A stretch of DNA of 64,000 nt from Eledone cirrhosa (taxonomy: Eukaryota). Every line of letters begins with the position of its first letter. The first letter of the stretch is position 1. This document shows positions 40,841 through 56,500 of this stretch, piece after piece. The notes below the pieces were generated by a model. It was not told the DNA's origin. It worked only from the letters and a program-made list of their open reading frames with translations, and ran no database searches. Both the position numbers and the translations under genes were made by a program. The stretch lies in the NCBI GenBank assembly GCA_964016885.1, contig OZ024744.1, positions 120,218,001-120,282,000 of the forward strand, read 5' to 3'.

Positions 40841-43800
40841 TAATAGTATCAGATCTGTGATCTCTCAATTCAGAGTTTCTTTCATGGGACATTCTAACCA
40901 CATGTCATAGTATTAGAGCTGTGATCTCTCAATTCAGAGATTCTTTCCTGAGACATTCTTACCACATGTCATAGTATCAGAGCTGTGATCTCTCAATTTA
41001 GAGATTCTTTCCTGAGTCATTCTAACCACATGTCATAGTATCAGATCTGTCATCTCTCAATTCAGAGATTCTTTCCTGAGACATGCTAACCACATGTCAT
41101 AGTATCAGAGCTGTGATCTCTCAATTTAGAGATTCTTTCATGAGATATTCTAACATCATGTCATAATATCAGAGCTATGATCTCTCAATTCAGAGATTCT
41201 TTCCTGAGACATTCTAACCACATGTCTGTAGTATCATAGCTGTGATCTCTCAATTCAGAGATTCTTTCCTGATACATTCTAACGACATGTCATAGTATCA
41301 GAGCTGTGATATCTCAATTCAGAGATTCTTTCCTGAGACATTCTAACCACGTCATAGTATCAGAGCTGTGATATCTCAATTCAGAGATTCTTTCCTGAGA
41401 CGTTCTAATCACATGTCATAGTATCAGAGCTGTGATCTCTCAATTCAGAGATTCTTTCCTGAGACATTCTAACCACATGTCATAGTATCAGAGCTGTGAT
41501 CTCTCAATTCAAAGATTCTTTCCTGAGACATTCTAACCACATGTCTGTAGTATCAGATCTGTGATCTCTCAATTCAGAGATTCTTTCCTGATACATTCTA
41601 ACGACATGTCATAGTATCAGAGCTGTGATATCTCAATTCAGAGATTCTTTCCTGAGACATTCTAACCAGGTCATAGTATCAGAGCTGTGATATCTCAATT
41701 CAGAGATTCTTTCCTGAGACGTTCTAATCACATGTCATAGTATCAGAGCTGTGATCTCTCAATTCAGAGATTCTTTCCTGAGATATTCTAAACACATGTC
41801 ATAGTATCAGTCCTGTCATCTCTCAATTCAGAGATTCTTTCCTGAGACATTCTAACCACATGTCATAGTATCAGAGCTGTGATCTCTCATTTCAGAGATT
41901 CTTTCCTGAGACATTCTAACCACATGTCATAGTATCAGTGCTGTGATCTCTCAATTCAGATATTCTTTCCTGGGACATTCTAACTACATGTCATAGTATC
42001 AGAGCTGTGATCTCGCAATTCAGAGATTCTTTCCTGAGACATTCTTACTGCTTGTCATAGTATAAGAGCTGTGATCTCTCAATTTAGAGATTCTTTCATG
42101 AGATATTCTAAACACATGTCATAGTATCAGAGCTCTGTGCTCTCAATTCAGAGATTCTATCCTGAGACATTCTAACCACATGTCATAGTATTAGAGCTGT
42201 GATCTCCCAATTCAGAGAGTCTTTCCCGAGAAATTCTAAACACATGTCTGTAGTATAAGAGCTGTGATCTCTCAATTCAGAGATTCTTTCCTGAGACATT
42301 CTGACACCAGGTCCACACTATCAGAGCTGTGATCTCTCAATTCAGAGATTCTTTCCTGAGATATTCTAACCACATGTCATAGTATCAGAGCTGTCATCTC
42401 TCAATTCAGAGATTTTTCCTGAGACATTCTAACCACATGTCATAGTATCAGAGCTGTGATCTCTTAATTTCGGAGATTCTTTCATGAGATAATCTAACAA
42501 CATGTCATAGTATCAGAGCTGTGATCTCTCAATTCAGAGATTCTTTCCTGAGACATTCTAACCACATGTCATAATGTTAGAGCCGTGATCTCTCAATTCA
42601 GAGATTATTTCCTGAGAAATTCTAACCACATGTCTGTAGTATCAGAGCTGTGATCTCTCAATTCAGAGATTATTTCCTGAGACATTCTAACCACATGTCA
42701 TATTATTTGAGCTGTGATCTCTCAATTCAGAGATTCTTTCCAGAGACGTTCTAACCACATGTCATAGTATCAGTGCTGTGATCTCTCAATTCAGAGATTC
42801 TTTCCTGAGACATTCTAACCACATGTCATAGTATCAGAGCTGTGATCTCTCAATTTAGATATTCTTTCCTGCGATATTCTAACCACATGTCATAGTATCA
42901 GATCTGTGATCTCTTAATTTAGAGATTCTTTCATGAGATAATCTAACAACATGTCATAGTATCAGAGCTGTGATCTCTCAATTCAGAGATTCTTTCCTGA
43001 GACATTCTAACCACATGTCATAATATTACAGCCGTGATCTCTCAATTCAGATATTCTTTCCTGAGACATTTTAACCACATGTCATAGTATCAGAGCTGTG
43101 ATCTCTCAATTCAGAGATTCTTTCCTGAGACAATCTAACCACATGTCTGTAGTATCAGAGCTGTATGTTCTCAATTCAGAGATTCTTTCCTGAGACAATC
43201 TAACCACATGTCTGTAGTATCAGAGCTGTATGTTCTCAATTCAGAGATTCTTTCCTGAGACATTCGAACCACATGTCATAGTATTGGAGCTGTGATCTCT
43301 CAATTCAGAGATTCTTTCCTGAGACATTCTAACCACATGTCATAGTATCAGAGCTGTGATATCTCAATTCAGAGATTCTTTCCTGAAATATTCTTACCAC
43401 ATGTCATAGTATCAGAGCTGTGATCTCTCAATTCAGAGATTCTTTCTTCAGACATTCTAACTCCATGTCCACAGTATCTGAGCTGTGAACTCTCAATTCA
43501 GAGATTCTTTCCTCAGACATTCTAACTCCATGTCCACAGTATCTGAGCTGTGAACTCTCAATTCAGAGATTCTTTCCTCAGACATTCTAACCACATCTCA
43601 TAGTATCAGAGCTGTGATCTCTCTATTCAGAGATTCTTTCCTGAGACATTATAATCACATGTCATAGTATCAGAGCTGTGATCTCTTAATTTAGAGATTC
43701 TATCATGAGATAATCCAACCACATGTCATAGTATCATAGCTGTGATCTCTTAATTTAGAGATTATATCATGAGATAATCTAACCACATGTCCTAGTATTA

Positions 43801-44599
43801 GAGCTGTGATCTCTCAATTCAGAGATTCTTTCCTGAGACATTCTTACCACATGTCATAGTATCAGAGCTGTGATCTCTCAATTTAGAGATTCTTTCCTGA
43901 GACATTCTAACATCATGTCATAGTATCAGATCTGTGATATCTCAATTCAGTGATTCTTTCCTGAGATATTCTAACCACATGTCATAGTATTAGAGCTGTC
44001 ATCTCTCAATTCAGATATTCTTTCCTGAGACATTCTAACCACATGTCATAGTATCAGAGCTGTGATCTCTCAATTTAGAGATTCTTTCATGAGATATTCT
44101 AACCACATGTCATAATATCAGAGCTATGATCTCTCAATTCAGAGATTCTTTCCTGAGACATTCTAACCACATGTCTGTAGTATCAGAGCTGTGATCTCTC
44201 AACTCAGAGATTCTTTCCTGATACATTCTAACCACATGTCATAGTATCAGAGCTGTGATCTCTCAATTCAGAGATTCTTTCCTGAGACATTCTAACCACG
44301 TCATAGTATCAGAGCTGTGATATCTCAATTCACAGATTCTTTCCTGAGACGTTCTAATCACATGTCATAGTATCAGAGCTGTGATCTCTCAATTTAGATA
44401 TTCTTTCCTGAGATATACTATCCACATGTCATAGTATTAGAGCTGTGATCTCTCAATTCAGAGATTCTTTCCTGAGACATTCGAACCACATGTCTGTAGT
44501 ATCAGAGCTGTGAACTCTCAATTCAGAGATTCTTTCCTGGGACATTCTAACCACATGTCATAGTATCAGGGCTGTGATCTCTCAATTCACAGATTCTTT

Positions 44600-47500
44600 C
44601 CTGAGACATTCTAACCACATGTCACAGTATCAGAGCTGTGATCTCTCATTTCAGAGATTCTTTCCTGAGACATTCTAACCACATGTCATAGTATCAGATC
44701 TGTGATATCTCAATTCAGAGATTCTTTTCTGAGATATTCTAACCACATGACATAGTATCAGACCTGTCATCTCTCAATTCAGAGATTCTTTCCTGAGACA
44801 TTCTAACCACATGTCATAGTATTAGATCTGTGATCTCTCATTTCAGAGATTCTTTCCTGAGACATACTAACCACATGTCATAATATCAGTGCTGTGATCT
44901 GTCAATTCAGATATTCTTTTCTGAGATATTCTAACCACATGTCATATTATCAGAGCTGTGATCTCTCAATTCAGACATTCTTTACTGGGATATTCTAACC
45001 ACATGTCATAGTATCAGAGCTGTGATCTCTCAATTCAGAGATTCTTTCCTGAGACATTCTTAATGCTTGTCATAGTATAAGAGCTGTGATCTCTCAATTT
45101 AGAGATTCTTTCATGAGATATTCTAACCACATGTCATAGTATCAGAGCTCTGTGCTCTCAATTCAGAGATTCTATCCTGAGACATTCTAACCACATGTCA
45201 TAGTATTAGAGCTGTTATCTCCCAATTCAGAGAGTCTTTCCTGAGACATTCTGACACCAGGTCCACACTATCAGAGCTGTGATCTCTCAATTCAGAGATT
45301 CTTTCCTGAGACATTCTAACCACATGTCATAGTATCAGTACTGTGATCTCTCAATTCAGAGATTCTTTCCTGAGATATTCTAACCACATGTCATAGTATA
45401 AGAGCTTGGATCTCTCAATTCAGAGATTCTTTCCTGGTATATTCTAACCACATGTAATAGTATCAGAGCTGTGATCTCTCAATTCAGATATTCTTTCCTA
45501 AAACATTCTAACCACATGTCATAGGATCAGAGTTGTGATCTCTCAATTCAGAGATTCTCTCCTGAGATATACTAACCACATCTCATAGTATCAGAGCTGT
45601 GATCTCTCAATTGAGAGATTCTTTCCTGAGACATTCTAACCACATGTCATAGGATCAGATTTGTGATCTCTCAATTTAGAGATTCTTTCCTGAGATATTC
45701 TAACCACATGTCATAGTATCAGAGCTGTGATCTCTCAATTCAGAGATTCTTTCCTGAGACATTCTAACCACATGTCATAGTATTGGAGATGTGATCTCTC
45801 AATTTAGAGATTCTTTCATGAGATATTCTAACCACATGTCATAGTTTCAGAGCTGTCATCTCTCAATTCAGAGATTCTTTCCTGAGACATTCTAACCACA
45901 TGTCAGTATCAGAGCTGTGATCTCTTAATTTAGAGATTATTTCATGAGATAATCTAACAACATGTCATAGTATCAGAGCTGTGATCTCTCAATTCAGAGA
46001 TTCTTTCCTGAGACATTCTAACCACATGTCACAATATTAGACCCGTGATCTCTCAATTCAGAGATTCTTTCCTGAGAAATTCTAACCACATGTCATAGTA
46101 TCAGAGCTGTGATCTCTCAATTCAGAGATTATTTCCTGAGACGTTCTAACTCCATGTCCACAGTATCAGAGCTGTGATCTCTCAATTCAGAGATTCTTTC
46201 CAGAGACGTTCTAACCACATGTCATAGTATCAGAGCTGTGATACCTCAATTCAGAGATTCTTTCCTGGGACATTCTAACCACATGTCATAGTATTAGAGC
46301 TGTGATCTCTCAATTCAGAGATTCTTTCCTGAGACGTTCTAACCACATGTCATAGTATCAGAGCTGTGATCTCTCAATTTAGATATTCTTTCCTGAGATA
46401 TTCTAACCACATGTCATAGTATTAGACCTGTGATCTCTCAATTCAGAGATTCTTTCCACAGACATTCTAACCACATGTCTGTAGTATCAGAGCTGTATGC
46501 TCTCAATTCAGAGATTCTTTCCTGAGACATTCGAACCACATGTCATAGTATTGGAGCTGTGATCTCTCAATTCAGAGATTCTTTCCTGAGACATTCTAAC
46601 CACATGTCATAGTATCAGAGCTGTGATATCTCAATTCAGAGATTCTTTCCTGAGATATTCTAACCACATGTCATATTATTAGAGCTGTGATCTCTCAATT
46701 CAGAGATTCTTTCTTGAGACATTCTAACTCCATGTCCACAGTGTCTGAGCTGTGAACTCTCAATTCAGAGATTCTTTCCTCAGACATTCTAACCACATCT
46801 CATAGTATCAGAGCTGTGATCTCTCTATTCAGAGATTCTTGCCTGAGACATTCTAAACACATGTCATAGTATCAGATCTGTGATCTCTCAATTCAGAGAT
46901 TCTTTCCTGAGATATTCTAACCACATGTCATAGTATCAGATCTGTGATCTCTCAATTCAGAGATTCTTTCCTGAGACATTCTAATCACATGTCATAGTGT
47001 CAGAGCTGTGATCTCTTAATTTAGAGATTCTATCATGAGATAATCTAACCACATGTCATAGTATCAGAGCTGTGATCTCTCAATTTAGAGATTATATCAT
47101 GAGATAATCTAAGCACATGTCATAGGATTAGAGCTGTGATCTCTCACTTCAGAGATTCTTTCCTGAGACATTCTTACCACATGTCATAATATCAGAGCTG
47201 TGATCTCTCAATTTAGAGATTCTTTCCTGAGACATTCTAACATCATGTCATAGTATCAGAGCTGTGATCTCTCAATTCAGTGATTCTTTCCTGAGACGTT
47301 CTAACCACATGTCATAATATCAGAGCTGTGATATCTCAATTGAGAGATTCTTTCCTGAGTATTTTAACCACATATCATAGTATCAGAGCTGTCATCTCTC
47401 AATTCAGAGATTCTTTCCTGAGACATTCTAACCACATGTCATAGTATCAGAGCTGTGATCTCTCAATTTAGAGATTTTTTCATGAGATATTCTAACCACA

Positions 47501-50500
47501 TGTCATAATATCAGAGCTATGATCTCTCAATTCAGAGATTCTTTCCTGAGACATTCTAACCACATGTTTGTAGTATCAGAGCTGTGATCTCTCAATTCAG
47601 AGATTCTTTTCTGATACATTCTAACCACATGTCATAGTATCAGAGCTGTGATCTCTCAATTCAGAGATTCTTTCCTGGGACATTCAAACCACGTGATAGT
47701 ATCAGAGCTGTGATATCTCAATTCAGAGATTCTTTCCTGAGACATTCTAATCACATGTCATAGAATCAGAGCTGTGATCTCTCAATTTAGATATTCTTTC
47801 CTGAGATATTCTAACCACATGTCATAGTATTAGAGCTGTGATCCCTCAATTCAGAGATTCTTTCCTGAGATATTCTAACCACATGTCATAGTATCAGACC
47901 TGTCATCTCTCAATTTAGAGATTCTTTCATGAGATATTCTAACCACATGTCATAATATCAGAGCTGTGATCTCTCAATTCAGAGATTCTTTCCTGAGAAA
48001 TTCTAACCACATGTCTGTAGTATCAGAGCTGTGATCTCTCAATTCAGAGATTCTTTCCTGAGACATTCTAACTCCATGTCCACAGTATCAGAGCTGTGAT
48101 CTCTCAATTCAGAGATTCTTTCCAGAGACGTTCTAACCACATGTCATAGTATCAGTGCTGTGATCTCTCAATTCAGAGATTCTTTCATGAGATATTCTAA
48201 CCACATGTCATAGTATCAGAGCTGTGATCTCTCAATTCAGAGATTCTTTCCTGGGATATTCTAACCACATGTCATAGTATCAGAGCTGTGATCTCTGAAT
48301 TCAGATATTCTTTCCGCAGACATTTTAACCACATGTCATAGTATCAGAGCTGTGATCTCTCAATTCAGAGATTCTTTCCTGGGACATTCTAACCACATGT
48401 CATAATATTAGGGCTGTGATCTCTCAATTCAGAGATTCTTTCCTGAGACATTCTAACCACATGTCATAGTATCAGAGCTGTCATCTCTCAATTCAGAGAT
48501 TCTTTCCTGAGACATTCTAACCACATGTCATAGTATCAGAGCTGTGATCTCTCAATTTAGATATTCTCTCCTGAGATATTCTAACCACATGTCATAGTAT
48601 TAGAGCTGTGATCTCTCAATTCAGAGATTCTTTCCTGAGACATTCTAAACACATGTCATAGTATCAGATCTGTGATATCTCAATTCAGAGATTCTTTCCT
48701 GAGATATTCTAACCACATGTCATAGTATCAGAGCTGTGATCTCTCAATTCAGAGATTCTTTCTTGAGACATTCTAACTCCATGTCCACAGTATCTGAGCT
48801 GTGAACTCTCAATTCAGAGATTCTTTCCTCAGACATTCTAACCACATCCCATAGTATCAGAGCTGTGATCTCTCTATTCAGAGATTCTTTCCTGAAACAT
48901 TCTAACCACATGTCATAATATCAGATCTGTGATCTCTCAATTCAGAGATTCTTTCCTGAGATATTCTAACCACATGTCATAGTATCAGATCTGTGATCTC
49001 TCAATTCAGAGATTCTTTCCTGAGACATTCTAATCACATGTCATAGTATCAGAGCTGTGATCTCTTAATTTAGAGATTCTATCATGAGATAATCTAACCA
49101 CATGTCATAGTATCAGAGCTGTGATCTCTTAATTTAGAGATTATATCATGAGATAATCTAACCACATGTCATAGTATTAGAGCTGTAATCTCTCAATTCA
49201 GAGATTCTTTCCTGAGATATTCTTACCACATGTCATAGTATCAGAGCTGTGATCTCTCAATTTAGAGATTCTTTCCTGAAACATTGTAACATCATGTCAT
49301 AGTATCAGAGCTGTGATCTCTCAATTCAGTGATTCTTTCCTGAGACGTTCTAACCACATGTCATAATATCAGAGCTGTGATATCTCAATTGTGAGATTCT
49401 TTCCTGAGTATTTTAACCACATATCATAGTATCAGAGCTGTGATCTCTCAATTCAGAGATTCTTTCCTGAAACATTCTAACCACGTCATAGTATCAGAGC
49501 TGTGATATCTCAATTCAGAGATTCTTTCCTGAGACATTCTAATCACATGTCATAGAATCAGAGCTGTGATCTCTCAATTTAGATATTCTTTCCTGAGATA
49601 TTCTAACCACATGTCATAGTATTAGAGCTGTGATCTCTCAATTCAGAGATTCTTTCCTGAGACATTCGAACCACATGTCTGTAGTATCAGAGCTGTGAAC
49701 TCTCAATTCTCAGATTCTTTCCTGAGACATTCTAACCACATGTCACAGTATCAGAGCTGTGATCTCTCAATTCAGAGATTCGTTCCTGAGACATTCTAAC
49801 CACATGTCATAGTATCAGAGCTGTGATATCTCAATTCAGAGATTCTTTCCTGAGATACTCTAACCACATGTCATAGTATCAGACCTGTCATCTCTCAATT
49901 CAGAGATTCTTTCCTGAGACATTCTAACCACATGTCATAGTATCAGAGCTGTGATCTCTTTATTTAGAGATTCTTTCATGAGATATTCTAACCACATGTC
50001 ATAGTATCAGAGCTGTGATCTCTCAATTCAGAGAGTCTTTCCTGAGAAATTCTAGCCACATGTCTGTAGTATCAGAGCTGTGATCTCTCAATTCAGAGAT
50101 TCTTTCCTGAGACGTTCTAACTCCATGTCCACAGTATCACAGCTGTGATCTCTCAATTCAGATATTCTTTCCGCAGACATGTTAACCACATGTCATAGTA
50201 TCAGAGCTGTGATCTCTCAATTCAGAGATTCTTTCCTGGGACATTCTAACCACATGTCATAGTATTAGGGCTGTGATCTCTCAATTCAGAGATTCTTTCC
50301 TGAGACATTCTAACCACATGTCATAGTATCAGAGCTGTCATCTCTCAATTCAGAGATTCTTTCCTGAGACATTCTAACCACATGTCATAGTATCAGAGCT
50401 GTGATCTCTCAATTTAGATATTCTCTCCTGAGATATTCTAACCACATGTCATAGTATTAGAGCTGTGATCTCTCAATTCAGAGATTCTTTCCTGAGACAT

Positions 50501-53500
50501 TCTAACCACATGTCTGTAGTATCAGAGCTGTATGCTCTCAATTCAGAGATTCTTTCCTGAGACATTCGAACCACATGTCATAGTATTGGAGCTGTGATCT
50601 CTCAATTCAGAGATTCTTTCCTGAGACATTCTAAACACATGTCATAGTATCAGATCTGTGATATCTCAATTCAGAGATTATTTCCTGAGATATTCTAACC
50701 ACATGTCATAGTATCAGAGCTGTGATCTCTCAATTCAGAGATTCTTTCTTGAGACATTCTAACTCCATGTCCACAGTATCTGAGCTGTGAACTCTCAATT
50801 CAGAGATTCTTTCCTCAGACATTCTAACCACATCTCATAGTATCAGAGCTGTGATCTCTCTATTCAGAGATTCTTTCCTGAAACATTCTAACCACATGTC
50901 ATAGTATCAGATCTGTGATCTCTCAATTCAGAGATTCTTTCCTGAGATATTCTAACCACATGTCATAGTATCAGATCTGTGATCTCTCAATTCAGAGATT
51001 CTTTCCTGAGACATTCTAATCACATGTCATAGTATCAGAGCTGTGATCTCTTAATTTAGAGATTCTATCATGAGATAATCTAACCACATGTCATAGTATC
51101 AGAGCTGTGATCTCTTAATTTAGAGATTATATCATGAGATAATCTAACCACATGTCATAGTATTAGAGCTGTAATCTCTCATTTCAGAGATTCTTTCCTG
51201 AGACATTCTTACCACATGTCATAGTATCAGAGCTGTGATCTCTTAATTTAGAGATTCTTTCCTGAAACATTGTAACATCATGTCATAGTATCAGAGCTGT
51301 GATCTCTCAATTCAGTGATTCTTTCCTGAGACGTTCTAACCACATGTCATAATATCAGAGCTGTGATATCTCAATTGTGAGATTCATTCCTGAGTATTTT
51401 AACCACATATCATAGTATCAGAGCTGACATCTTTCAATTCAGAGATTCTTTCCTGAGATATTCTAACCACATGTCATAGTATCAGAGCTGTGATCTCTCA
51501 ATTCAGAGATTCTTTCCTGAGACATTCTAACCACGCCATAGTATCAGAGCTGTGATATCTCAATTCAGAGATTCTTTCCTGAGACATTCTAATCACATGT
51601 CATAGAATCAGAGCTGTGATCTCTCAATTTAGATATTCTTTCCTGAGATATTCTAACCACATGTCATAGTATTAGAGCTGTGATCTCTCAATTCAGAGAT
51701 TCTTTCCTGAGACATTCGAACCACATGTCTGTAGTATCAGAGCTGTGAACTCTCAATTCTCAGATTCTTTCCTGAGACATTCTAACCACATGTCACAGTA
51801 TCAGAGCTGTGATCTCTCAATTCAGAGATTCGTTCCTGAGACATTCTAACCACATGTCATAGTATCAGAGCTGTGATATCTCAATTCAGAGATTCTTTCC
51901 TGAGATACTCTAACCACATGTCATAGTATCAGACCTGTCATCTCTCAATTCAGAGATTCTTTCCTGAGACATTCTAACCACATGTCATAGTATCAGAGCT
52001 GTGATCTCTTAATTTAGAGATTCTTTCATGAGATATTCTAACCACATGTCATAGTATCAGAGCTGTGATCTCTCAATTCAGAGATTCTTTCCTGAGAAAT
52101 TCTAGCCACATGTCTGTAGTATCAGAGCTGTGATCTCTCAATTCAGAGATTCTTTCCTGAGACGTTCTAACTCCATGTCCACAGTATCACAGCTGTGACC
52201 TCTCAATTCAGAGATTCTTTCCTGAGTCATTCTAACCACATGTCATAGTATGAGTGCTCTGATCTCTCAATTCAGATATTCTTTCCTAAGATATTCTGAA
52301 CACATGTCATAGTATCAGAGCTGTGATCACTCAATTCAGAGATTCTTTCCTGGGATATTCTAACCACATATCATAGTATCAGAGCTGTGATCTCTCAATT
52401 CACAGATTCTTTCCTGAGACATTCTAACCACATGTCATAGTATCAGAGCTGTGATCTCTCAATTTAGATATTCTTTCCTGAGACATTCTAACCACATGTC
52501 ATAGGATCAGATTTGTGATCTCTCAATTTAGAGATTCTTTCCTGAGATATTCTAACCACATGTCATAGTTTCAGAGTTGTGATCTCTCAATTCAGAGATT
52601 CTTTCCTGAGACATTCTAACCACATGTCATAGTATTGGAGATGTGATCTCTCAATTTAGAGATTCTTTCATGAGATATTCTAACCACATGTCATAGTTTC
52701 AGAGCTGTCATCTCTCAATTCAGAGATTCTTTCCTGAGACATTCTAACCACATGTCAGTATCAGAGCTGTGATCTCTTAATTTAGAGATTATTTCATGAG
52801 ATAATCTAACAACATGTCATAGTATCAGAGCTGTGATCTCTCAATTCAGAGATTCTTTCCTGAGACATTCTAACCACATGTCACAATATTAGACCCGTGA
52901 TCTCTCAATTCAGAGATTCTTTCCTGAGAAATTCTAACCACATGTCATAGTATTAGAGCTGTGATCTCTCAATTCAGAGATTATTTCCTGAGACGTTCTA
53001 ACTCCATGTCCACAGTATCAGAGCTGTGATCTCTCAATTCAGAGATTCTTTCCAGAGACGTTCTAACCACATGTCATAGTATCAGAGCTGTGATACCTCA
53101 ATTCAGAGATTCTTTCCTGGGACATTCTAACCACATGTCATAGTATTAGAGCTGTGATCTCTCAATTCAGAGATTCTTTCCTGAGACGTTCTAACCACAT
53201 GTCATAGTATCAGAGCTGTGATCTCTCAATTTAGATATTCTTTCCTGAGATATTCTAACCACATGTCATAGTATTAGACCTGTGATCTCTCAATTCAGAG
53301 ATTCTTTCCACAGACATTCTAACCACATGTCTGTAGTATCAGAGCTGTATGCTCTCAATTCAGAGATTCTTTCCTGAGACATTCGAACCACATGTCATAG
53401 TATTGGAGCTGTGATCTCTCAATTCAGAGATTCTTTCCTGAGACATTCTAACCACATGTCATAGTATCAGAGCTGTGATATCTCAATTCAGAGATTCTTT

Positions 53501-56500
53501 CCTGAGATATTCTAACCACATGTCATATTATTAGAGCTGTGATCTCTCAATTCAGAGATTCTTTCTTGAGACATTCTAACTCCATGTCCACAGTGTCTGA
53601 GCTGTGAACTCTCAATTCAGAGATTCTTTCCTCAGACATTCTAACCACATCTCATAGTATCAGAGCTGTGATCTCTCTATTCAGAGATTCTTGCCTGAGA
53701 CATTCTAAACACATGTCATAGTATCAGATCTGTGATCTCTCAATTCAGAGATTCTTTCCTGAGATATTCTAACCACATGTCATAGTATCAGATCTGTGAT
53801 CTCTCAATTCAGAGATTCTTTCCTGAGACATTCTAATCACATGTCATAGTGTCAGAGCTGTGATCTCTTAATTTAGAGATTCTATCATGAGATAATCTAA
53901 CCACATGTCATAGTATCAGAGCTGTGATCTCTCAATTTAGAGATTATATCATGAGATAATCTAAGCACATGTCATAGGATTAGAGCTGTGATCTCTCACT
54001 TCAGAGATTCTTTCCTGAGACATTCTTACCACATGTCATAATATCAGAGCTGTGATCTCTCAATTTAGAGATTCTTTCCTGAGACATTCTAACATCATGT
54101 CATAGTATCAGAGCTGTGATCTCTCAATTCAGTGATTCTTTCCTGAGACGTTCTAACCACATGTCATAATATCAGAGCTGTGATATCTCAATTGAGAGAT
54201 TCTTTCCTGAGTATTTTAACCACATATCATAGTATCAGAGCTGTCATCTCTCAATTCAGAGATTCTTTCCTGAGACATTCTAACCACATGTCATAGTATC
54301 AGAGCTGTGATCTCTCAATTTAGAGATTTTTTCATGAGATATTCTAACCACATGTCATAATATCAGAGCTATGATCTCTCAATTCAGAGATTCTTTCCTG
54401 AGACATTCTAACCACATGTTTGTAGTATCAGAGCTGTGATCTCTCAATTCAGAGATTCTTTTCTGATACATTCTAACCACATGTCATAGTATCAGAGCTG
54501 TGATCTCTCAATTCAGAGATTCTTTCCTGGGACATTCAAACCACGTGATAGTATCAGAGCTGTGATATCTCAATTCAGAGATTCTTTCCTGAGACATTCT
54601 AATCACATGTCATAGAATCAGAGCTGTGATCTCTCAATTTAGATATTCTTTCCTGAGATATTCTAACCACATGTCATAGTATTAGAGCTGTGATCCCTCA
54701 ATTCAGAGATTCTTTCCTGAGATATTCTAACCACATGTCATAGTATCAGACCTGTCATCTCTCAATTTAGAGATTCTTTCATGAGATATTCTAACCACAT
54801 GTCATAATATCAGAGCTGTGATCTCTCAATTCAGAGATTCTTTCCTGAGAAATTCTAACCACATGTCTGTAGTATCAGAGCTGTGATCTCTCAATTCAGA
54901 GATTCTTTCCTGAGACATTCTAACTCCATGTCCACAGTATCAGAGCTGTGATCTCTCAATTCAGAGATTCTTTCCAGACACGTTCTAACCACATGTCATA
55001 GTATCAGTGCTGTGATCTCTCAATTCAGAGATTCTTTCATGAGATATTCTAACCACATGTCATAGTATCAGAGCTGTGATCTCTCAATTCAGAGATTCTT
55101 TCCTGGGATATTCTAACCACATGTCATAGTATCAGAGCTGTGATCTCTCAATTCAGAGATTCTTTCCTGGGACATTCTAACCACATGTCATAGTATTAGG
55201 GCTGTGATCTCTCAATTCAGAGATTCTTTCCTGAGACATTCTAACCACATGTCATAGTATCAGAGCTGTGATCTCTCAATTTAGATATTCTCTCCTGAGA
55301 TATTCTAACCACATGTCATAGTATTAGAGCTGTGATCTCTCAATTCAGAGATTCTTTCCTGAGACATTCTAACCACATGTCTGTAGTATCAGAGCTGTAT
55401 GCTCTCAATTCAGAGATTCTTTCCTGAGACATTCGAACCACATGTCATAGTATTGGAGCTGTGATCTCTCAATTCAGAGATTCTTTCCTGAGACATTCTA
55501 AACACATGTCATAGTATCAGATCTGTGATATCTCAATTCAGAGATTATTTCCTGAGATATTCTAACCACATGTCATAGTATCAGAGCTGTGATCTCTCAA
55601 TTCAGAGATTCTTTCTTGAGACATTCTAACTCCATGTCCACAGTATCTGAGCTGTGAACTCTCAATTCAGAGATTCTTTCCTCAGACATTCTAACCACAT
55701 CTCATAGTATCAGAGCTGTGATCTCTCTATTCAGAGATTCTTTCCTGAAACATTCTAACCACATGTCATAGTATCAGATCTGTGATCTCTCAATTCAGAG
55801 ATTCTTTCCTGAGACATTCTAATCACATGTCATAGTATCAGAGCTGTGATCTCTTAATTTAGAGATTCTATCATGAGATAATCTAACCACATGTCATAGT
55901 ATCAGAGCTGTGATCTCTTAATTTAGAGATTATATCATGAGATAATCTAACCACATGTCATAGTATTAGAGCTGTAATCTCTCAATTCAGAGATTCTTTC
56001 CTGAGACATTCTTACCACATGTCATAGTATCAGAGCTGTGATCTCTCAATTTAGAGATTCTTTCCTGAAACATTGTAACATCATGTCATAGTATCAGAGC
56101 TGTGATCTCTCAATTCAGTGATTCTTTCCTGAGACGTTCTAACCACATGTCATAATATCAGAGCTGTGATATCTCAATTGTGAGATTCATTCCTGAGTAT
56201 TTTAACCACATATCATAGTATCAGAGCTGACATCTTTCAATTCAGAGATTCTTTCCTGAGATATTCTAACCACATGTCATAGTATCAGAGCTGTGATCTC
56301 TCAATTCAGAGATTCTTTCCTGAGACATTCTAACCACGCCATAGTATCAGAGCTGTGATATCTCAATTCAGAGATTCTTTCCTGAGACATTCTAATCACA
56401 TGTCATAGAATCAGAGCTGTGATCTCTCAATTTAGATATTCTTTCCTGAGATATTCTAACCACATGTCATAGTATTAGAGCTGTGATCTCTCAATTCAGA

